This document shows, piece after piece, positions 55,545-64,000 of a stretch of DNA of 64,000 nt. Numbering within the stretch: the first letter of the stretch is position 1; the number at the start of each line of letters is the position of its first letter. Where the stretch lies: NCBI RefSeq assembly GCF_009914755.1, contig NC_060927.1. One strand, written 5' to 3'. The DNA is from the human T2T-CHM13v2.0 reference genome, Homo sapiens. Made by a program: the position numbers and the translations under genes. Below the pieces are notes generated by a model, which saw only the letters and a list, made by a program, of their open reading frames with translations, was not told the origin of the DNA and ran no database searches.

Positions 55545-58500
55545 TTGGCTGCCAGCCACCGCTAGAGCAGGGGTCTCCAGGTTTGTTTCTTTGTTCTCTG
55601 AGACTCTGATTCTGGCCTGGACAAGACTCCCCAGACTTTGAATGTTAGCCGGCTTGACTGAGCGGCAACAGGGCAGGGGGGAGCAGGAGCCTCAGGACTG
55701 GCTAATCCGCTGCCTGGGCGGAGCAGCACCCCCAGGGCCCCACAGTCAGTCACACCCCATCTCCTATATACTTTTTAACCAACATAAAGTTTTAAAAAGT
55801 AGTAGAGAGCCTGTTGGAACCAGCACCAAATCTATGTGTTTTCTCGAATTATTGAACTAGAAAGAAATGAAAACATCAAAATACTCTCTTTGTACCAGGC
55901 TCGAATTGAGCGGCTGCCTCATTCAGTCCATGTCTCGGCCTGACTACAATGATGAAGCGATGGAAGGCAGAGTGGATTGAAAGGGAGCGAGGCTCAGCGG
56001 GGAACCTCAGATTGCCATTCGCAGACCACAGGGAGCCCAGAATGGGTCCCTGCTCGGGAGGAGAGAAGGGAAACAAGATTGACAGGTGAAGAGATGGGGG
56101 AGGGCAAGAGGGGGCCAGGGCTGGAGCAGGCAGGGACACAAAGAGGTACTCTCCTCCTCCATTCAGTTCTGCCCAGAACACAGGCAGGACCCTGCCTGGT
56201 GCCAGACTGGACCCCCAGAGATGGGTCCCTACCCACTGCATCTGGCCAAATGGGGAGAGCCTGCAGAGGGGCAGAGAAGTCAGAGCCATCAGCGCCCCCA
56301 CAGAAAAAGGTGCAGGCCTCTGAGGAAGCACAGGAGTGCAGCAGGCAGAAAGAACAACGTATGCAGGCAGGAGGTGTGTGCATGATGGCAGGGTTTCGAG
56401 GACAGCCCAGTAAGAAACAAAGCCAGAAAAAATGCTGAGGTCCCTGAATGTCACCGACAGCAGTGTGGGAAGACCTTGCCTTGGGGGAGAACCTGATCTT
56501 AGATGGACTAAAAGGCCTTTGTCCCTCTTTGTTCAGAAATGCACCTTGGGGACCAAATCCTGTGGCTAGAGTTACACGTCTGTGCAACAGGCTGCCACAA
56601 GTCTGAACAGCCATCACCAGATGTTGCTCACACCCATTTAGGGAGTGGGCTGTGGCTAAAAGGGCAAAGAGAAACCAGGTTTCTGGAGTTCACTCCACAG
56701 CCAGGCTCTGCAGCCCTGACCCTGTGGAACTGACGGCAGCCCCCTCCTCCATGCCTGGTGATATGTGATGTGGGGTGCCCCAGCTGGTCTCAGTGGGAAC
56801 CTGCAGAAGATGCTTCAAGGAGGAGAGGGAGTGTGAGAAAGGCTGATGAGTCAAATCTCAAGGCAATGGAGGGAGATGCCTGGTTCTTTTTGGTTTTGGC
56901 ACAGCATTGGTTGGGCATTTTTTCTGTGTGCATGTTACACACGTTCACAGCCTGAATTCTCTCTATAGCCATCACGGTTGGACACAGCTATTCAACCAAG
57001 AGCTCAGAGAGGCAAAGCAACTTGCCCATGGCCACCCAGTGACAGAGATGGGGCTCTGACTTGGGTGGCCAGCTCTGGCACATGGGAACAGATTACATCT
57101 GTGTGTTCTCCACCCAAATTCCCACCTCCCCTTTGTTTCTCTCCTTTTCCTCCAGCTCCTGGCCTTTGACCTTCACCAATACTGTCCAGCTTGGCACTTG
57201 AGTGGGTTGCCACCATTGTGAATTGGGCCTTGCCTGCATTCTCAGTAGGCTGGGTTCCAGACATTTGAGGTCTCAGCCATAGACTCTGCTGGGAACGTGG
57301 AGGCCGGGGAGATTCTGTCCCACCTGGTCCCTCTGAATGAGCCAGGCACCCCTTGGAGGAAGTGACAGGCCAGCCCCAGGCATGCACTCCACTGGTATGT
57401 TTAGCCCCAAATCCTCCTCTTGCCCCATTTACCACCTTTCTCTGGGTGCCACCCTTGGGCCATCCTCATCCCTGACTGATGACTATTCAAGACCACTTTC
57501 TCTGCCTCTAGTGGAGCGTGTCAGAACCCAGCCTGTGACCCCACCCCATCATCTTAGAAGCAAACTCTTTCTAGCACCTGTACCAGGTGCTGGAGCAAGC
57601 CCTGAGTTTAGTTCATGTAATCCTGACAACCACCCCATAGGTCAGATGGGGAAACCAAGGCAGGAAGCAGGCACATACCCTGTGAGTGGCTGGACCCAGG
57701 CACTAACCCCCAGCCCCACACTCCTAGCACCCTGCTGTCTCTTGGTGACATGTGAGTATGTCAATCTGAACATGCTTGAAATGAATATTTGTCAATAATT
57801 TTACCAGACACTTGCAAGTTCATTCATGCTCACTAACTTTATTCAACAAACATTTGCTGGCACCTGCTCTGTGCTAGGCCCTGTGCTGGGGACTATGGGT
57901 GCAGTGATGGCTCAAACATAGCCCCTGCCCTCACGACCCACAGTCAAGATAGAAGCAAATGAGGAAGTAGACACCTGCCACACTAAGAGGTCAGCACCGT
58001 AGCAGGTTATGGGAGCCGGGAGGAAACAGTCATTCCACCTGGGGCTCCCCTCTTGTGCACGAAGCCTGTTCTCGGGCAGGTGGGAGGGAAGGTGCGAGGC
58101 ACGGCCCTGTGCAGGAGGACTGAGTGCTCTGGGGCTGGCCTCCGCTGCTGCGGCACGGCAGGCTCACACAATGAAAGCTAATTCTTTGGTTGTAATGACT
58201 GGAAGAATTGCTGGCTTTTGACTTCTAGCATAATTACTGTGAGACCTCCGTAGAGTAATTCACCAGATAATTACATGGTAGCAGGTGGGGGGTGGGATTC
58301 TTCTCTGGAAGGTAAAGAGGTAGCATTTAATTTCAAGGGGGATGCCTAATCTTATAATTACTCAGTAAAGTCCTATATTCTTGCCAACCTGATTCCCTGG
58401 GGCCAGCCTGGCCTACAGAATCAAATCAAGCAGGGGCCATTCCCCAGAATGGAAATTCAGAGTGGGGGCCTCAGGGATGATGGGGCTTCCCCAGAGTGTC

Positions 58501-58729
58501 TTCACAGGTGAATTATCCTTGGGGCCTTGAATACAGCAGGAGGAAGAGGCAGGGCAAGATGCAGAGCCTTATTTTCTGTGCTAGAGGTGGAACTGATCAG
58601 AGGGAGAAAACTCATCCCCAGGCAAGACTGTAGCTCAAAGTGTGGCAGTCCAGGCTGGCCGCCCACCTCAGGGCCACTTAACCTCTCTGCAATGCAGCTC
58701 TCTCCTCAGTCAAAGGGGGCTAAGCCTTA

Positions 58730-59180
58730 CTGCCTGTTATCTATTATCACCAATAGTGCCGCCTAACAAACTACCGCAAAACACAGAGGATTTGCAAACC
58801 AGCTAGCAATGTACTCCTCATGCTTCTTGGGTCCGCTGGCAGCTCAGCCTGAGCTGCGTCTCATTCACATGGCAGGTGGTGTTGGGGCCACGTGTCTCTC
58901 ATCCTCCTGCAGGCTAGCCCAGGCTGGCTCCCATGGCATCTGGGAAGTCCCAAGAGCAAGCATCGAAGTGGACAAGGCCTCTTGAGGCCCAGTCTGGAAA
59001 CAAGCACAGTGTCACTTGGCCACATTCTACTGCCCAAAGCAGGTCACGGAACAGCGCAGAGACAAGGTGGAGCAACGGATTCCCGCCCCTTTGTGGGAGG
59101 CTCTTCATCATGTGGCAAAGGTGTGAGGTCATAGGGAGGAATGAGGAACTGGATCTATTTCTGTAATCAATCTACTACAA
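58730..59180. mobile_element. MLT1 (MaLR) LTR
   Basis: TCTCTCATCCTCCTGCAGGCTAGCCCAGGCT...GGCCACATTCTACTGCCCAAAGCAGGTCAC...TGTAATCAATCTACTACA. Confidence 0.75.
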
Positions 59181-59859
59181 CCTGCCCAGGGGGTTATTGC
59201 AATGTGTATGAGATGCACACAGTAAGTGTTCAGTAAAGTGGAATTCTGCTGGTTGTTGAGAATGAGAATAGTAAAAGGAAGCTGGTAGCAGAGATAGGCA
59301 TGGACTCCTGCTGCTGAATGTGCAGGCCACTGGCCTTCCCTCTTCGGAGACAGCGATGTAGTGCAGATGCCCAGCACAGGCCTTGGGGGGCGGTGGTGGA
59401 CATGGTCCAGAAGTGAGTTCCTGCACTACCTGCTTCTGTCTTCAGCTCACTTCCCCTCTCATAGCCTCAGTGGCTGTGGTGCAGAAAGGAGGTGATGCCA
59501 CCCCACAGAGGCGGCTGAGGGTTAAAGCAACACATGCCACATGCCGAACAAAAAACGGCCTGGCGACGGTCGGTATTTCTCTCTTTTGAAATCCAAGCCC
59601 CAACTGTCTAGAGGATTTTGTTTAGCTTTACTTCCTGTTGTTTATATTACAAGAAAAGTAGCTAATTCCCTTTCATTTTCCAAATATGAAATTATTCTCT
59701 CACACAGAAATGCCTTTTCAAACTAGATATTTCTTCATGGAGCTTAGGGTGTGTTCCCTGCCCTGCCATCCTTCCCCCGCAGGCAGGACCATACCATGGG
59801 TCACAGGTACCAACCCACAGCAGGTGACTCATGGCTCATGCTCCTTCTCCAATAGTCAC

Positions 59860-60320
59860 TACTATTTTTTAATTAAATTGTTATTAAACAAGTAATTATA
59901 CACTCTCCTTTTGAACAACCAGAACATTACAGATAAGGTAAAGTCCCCCTGTTCACCACCCCAATTTCAAATACCTTCCCCAGCCCCCACCCACCACCAA
60001 TGCCGTCCTCACCTTCCCCAAAAACACCACAAATATCAGCACATGGTATTCTTCCAGTTCTTTTCCTATTAACTTACATGTATATATACATGTGTATGTG
60101 CATGTATGTCTGTGCATGCATGTGCTTATATATATCTATTTTCATAGAATATGTTATTATTTTGTGCTTTGTCATAAATGTTATATCACATACATTAACT
60201 TGCAACATGCTTTTTCGCCCAAATTGCTAACTTCTTTCTCCATTGACACACGCAGATAGGGCCCATTATTTTTACATGCTGTATAGTACTCTGCAGTGTG
60301 AATGGACCCATTTCCATCCA
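59860..60320 (-). mobile_element. Old L1ME-like 3' fragment
   Basis: ACTTGCAACATGCTTTTT...GCTGTATAGTACTCTGCAGTGTGAATGG. Confidence 0.55.
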
Positions 60321-60379
60321 TTCTGCAGTGGTAGGAATAATACTTTACTGCAGCACTGTCCTAAACAAGTGTTTAGAGC

Positions 60380-60560
60380 CGACGCTAACTCTCAGAATCC
60401 CTCACATCAACCATGAGGCAGCCACTACTCATGTTTCCATTTTGCAGTTTTGAGGAAAGCAAGGCACAGCGAGGTTAGATGAGTTATCCAAGGTCATATC
60501 AAAAATAAGTGGCAAGGCCAGGATTTGAGCCCAGGCAGTCTGGCTCCAGAGTCCCTGCTC
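60380..60560 (-). mobile_element. MIR SINE
   Basis: CCAAGGTCA...AAGTGGCAAGGCCAGGATTTGAGCCCAGGCAGTCTGGCTCCAGAGTCC. Confidence 0.8.
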
Positions 60561-60774
60561 TCCCGCGTAATACTACATTGTTTCCCGCGGCATGTGTGAG
60601 TGTGGTGGTTGGGGGGTGTTGTTTGTGTTGGTTTGCTTTGCCTTGCCATTTTAAGTCACCCCAAGTTCTCTTAGACTCAGAGTCCTTTGCTTGACCATTT
60701 GAACTGGAGGTCAGCCTGCCATCAGAAGCCCCTCCCTTCGCTGCTCAGGCTCCAAAGTGCCTGCTCCAAGTTCA

Positions 60775-60884
60775 GTATTTCCTGAATTTGGATGTTGGTA
60801 TGTCTTGCTAGGTCGGGGAAGTTTTCCTGGATAATATCCTGAAGTGTGTTGTCCAACTTGGTTCCACTCTTCCCATCACTTTCA
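60775..60884 (-). mobile_element. Isolated internal fragment of primate L1 ORF1 (110 bp)
   Basis: Translates to ESDGKSGTKLDNTLQDIIQENFPDLARHTNIQIQEI, compared with L1 ORF1p ESDGENGTKLENTLQDIIQENFPNLARQANIQIQEI. Confidence 0.88.
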
Positions 60885-63629
60885 CCTGATGCCCTCTGTG
60901 GATAATTCTGGGCATCTTCCCAGAGATGCTGCGAATAGCGGGAAACCTCTCCCCACCGGCTCTGAGCCACCCCGGCTCATTTCCAGGCCCATGCCTCGGG
61001 GAGCAAGGAGCCCACAGTGTGGACTGTGGACTTTCCCTTTCCCTAAATCACCATGTGCGCCCATCAGAATGCAAGGCCATCCCTGAGATTCGAGGGAGAA
61101 TGAGCTCCTACGGAGAGCGTTTTGCTGGCATAGGGAGGGTGTCTCTGCCCGGCACTCAGGGGTCAGCCTAGTGGGTGGTCAGTGCAGCGTTTACTAACAG
61201 AAAGGGAAAGCCCTTTCTGAATCTTAGAGTGCCTTACAGCCAACAAGTCCATCTCCCTGGAGAGCCAAGAGTGTGTGCCAAGGCAGGATGGCAGAAGGCG
61301 GGGACACATTCTGGAAATTGCAAGTGATTCAGTGTTTGAGACAGAGTGCAGGGAGGAGGAGGAATGTGAGGTGGGGTGGGTGGGCACAGCCTCAATCAGA
61401 GAGGCCTTGAATGCCAGGCAACGAGGTTAGGCAAGGAGGAATGGGAGGGCGTGTCCATCCAGAGGGGAGTGGCATGGGCAAAGGCCTGGAGGTGTGGCTG
61501 AGCGCAAGCGCTGAACAGGTTTAAGACTTTGAGGGATCTGAGAGCGGTAACACGGCCAAGGCCCACAGGTCAGCCTGCACCTGGGTGCAGGACCTTCACT
61601 CGCAGGGAGCCATGACAGCCTCTGAGCAGGGACAAGAGCTGGCCAAGTGGGCTGGGGCTGATTTCTCCAGAGGAAGAGGCAGGGGCAATTATTACTGAGG
61701 GATAGTGCTGCCCAAGACGGCTGAGCCAGGTCCCTTCCAGGGGGTCTCAGGGAAAAGATAACCAGCCAGCCCTTCTGCAGAGAGAGCCACACCATGCAGT
61801 ATGGACATCTTGCCTCTGTTTCTTCAGTTTCTAATCCTCTTGGTTTTTCCTTGAGTGCAGCAGCTTATGGGAGTGAGCTTGACAGGGGCATGTGGGAATA
61901 GAATTGGCCCCTTGCACAGTGCTCTGCTATCAGTGGGTGGAGCCTGCCAGCAGTCCTTGGTGGGATATCCTTGCAGGCCCCAGCCATACCCCAAGGGCCA
62001 CCCCTGTCGCTCCCAGTAGTCTATATCCGGCAGAAAGGAAGCCACCCCTTAGTCATTCCCTAGCAATCAAAGGGTATGTGATTCCTGCTTACAGCAGGTG
62101 CTTAATTACTTCAAAAGTGCCCCCAGAACAACAGTGCCATGCACAGGCCACCTCTGAGCCTGGTCCATGCTGTTTTGAGGTGTCACAGAGCTCAGCCCCA
62201 GCCAGCATTGGGAGTGGTCAGGACCAGCTGTCACGTTCCCCAGGAGAAAAGCATTACCATTCCACTAAATCAGCATCAGCTTCATGAAGACACAAGCAGG
62301 GTCTCTTGATCGTCCAAGCCCGTGCTAGGTGTCTTAGATGGGGTTCCCCCAGAGGCAGATCCTGAGACCAGGATTCAAGTGCAAGTCGCTTATAAGGGAG
62401 CCCAGGTAGCACCAGGTGGGAATGGGAACTGAGACAAGGAAGGGAAGGAAACCAGTGCTGTGCGGCCTCAACCAAGTCACCTAAGCTCTTTGAGCTTTGT
62501 CTCCTCAGTAAAACAGAGTGCAGTTATACCTCCCTGAGAGGATTGGTGTGAGGATCAAGGGAAGTGCCTGGCAAAAACAAGGTAAGTCCAAACGGTTGGA
62601 GTGACATAGGGGCCCCCAGGCATCCAGGATTGGCCAAGGCCCATAGAGAAGGACCTACCTGCACGCATGTTTACAAGCCCCAGGTTGCTGACCCACTGCC
62701 AGGGCTGTCTTCAGCCCTGTCAGTCCCCAGCACCCCTGCTATGGACTCTTCCAGCCCTGCTTCTCAGGCTCTGCCCTGTGGCTCCAGGCTGGCCCAAGCA
62801 CGTGACCTTCCTTTGCGACCCCTGGAGCCCCTAAGTGCCACCCAGTAGATAGCTGGGGTGGGCAGGGCTTTTCCTTTGAGCCCTGCTGGCCTCTTAAGGC
62901 CCCACATGGGTAAAGGTTCACCAGTCCATACCACCCAAACTGGAAGTACCCCAGGAGCCCCACCCCACTCCTCCTGGCAGACAGGCTGAACTCACCTAAG
63001 TGGGCACAGACAAGAGCCCAGCTGGCTTTTGGCACAGGCCCACACCAGGGGGGACTGGAATTCCTGGGACTGCTGAGACCTGGGCCATCAGAGAGCGGAT
63101 GCTGGCTCCATCCCTTGCCAGTTGTCCTGTAACCTTGGGAAACTTCCCCTAGCCCATCTGGGGTCCCTTGAAATCTCTATAAAATGGGCCTAAGAGCAGT
63201 GTCTGCCCCTTGGGTTGTGAGGGGGCAACTGGGGTCACCCATGTGAAGGGTCCGAGCCCGAGGTAAGTGCTTACTAAATGCTGCAACACTAGACTGAAAG
63301 GAGCAGCCAGGGGTCCAGGCTGCAGGGGCAGAGGGGTGCAGGTTGCAGGGGCTGAGGGGTGCAGGTGCAGGTGTCTCCAAGAGAAAGTGAGGATGTCCCC
63401 GAGGCCAACTTCACCAGCAGGAATATGGGACCCCTGCTCAGCAGGACTCAGGGTGGTGTCCTTATACCCATGATGCTCCAAGTCAACTGATGACAGGACC
63501 CAACCAGGGGCACAGCCAGTAACCAGATGACAAGGGCTGAGGAAGCAGGATGGGGTCCAGGGCCCACACAGGCCTGGCCTCCCAGATACATTCTTCCAGT
63601 AATACTGTTAGAAGTGATATACATCTGGC

Positions 63630-63820
63630 ATTTCTAGTCCTTTACATAATGGCCTCACTAGTCATCCAACACCCCCACAAGGTAGAGCCTAGTATCAGCC
63701 CCACATTCCAGATAAGGAAACTGAGGCACAGAGAGGCTCCTGCCTCATCCAGGCAATGGAGGGGATTCATCCCAGCGAGCCCGGCGCCAGCCTGGCTCCC
63801 ATCCACTGCTTTAGAGCCCC
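63630..63820 (-). mobile_element. MIR SINE
   Basis: CCCCACATTCCAGATAAGGAAACTGAGGCACAGAGAGG. Confidence 0.75.
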
Positions 63821-64000
63821 TTGTCTTCAGGCACAGAGGTGAGAGTGCTGGTGGGAGTTCCTAGAGATGGAGGGCCAGTGGAGCCAGCCACTCCTGGGAA
63901 GAACCTCCCACTGCCTCGACCCAGGCCCACTGCAGGTGCCACCTCCTCCCTGATCCCCCAACCAGGCATGTTCTCCTCCCATCCCCAGGCACTTTCTTCT

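Overview
Human or great-ape genomic DNA: GC-rich, repeat-dense and apparently non-coding. I find no credible host protein-coding exon, RNA gene or CRISPR-like array. The only long ORF with a recognisable product (30081-31904) is the 3' half of LINE-1 ORF2 in a 5'-truncated L1PA2-type insertion. The best-supported elements are a complete solo HERV-K(HML-2) LTR5_Hs-type LTR with a perfect 6-bp TSD (8321-9290) and the L1PA2, which has a 14-bp TSD and a split poly(A) tail and sits inside an ancient L1. There are also several Alu/FLAM/FRAM, MaLR, ERVL, MER41, MER20/MER53, MIR and L2 copies, and a 27-bp minisatellite. A bipartite CpG island at about 52.2-54.1 kb looks like a + strand promoter with a non-coding first exon, and a near-consensus RE1/NRSE lies about 3 kb downstream. 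The most unusual structures are a ~285-bp, ~91%-identical dispersed duplication crossing an L2/MaLR junction (25264-25547 vs 44719-45004), an orphan 110-bp L1 ORF1 fragment, and a possible 13-nt 3' transduction. I see no evidence of a novel multi-gene system. Repeat subfamily names are from recalled consensus sequences, and the boundaries of old repeats are approximate.
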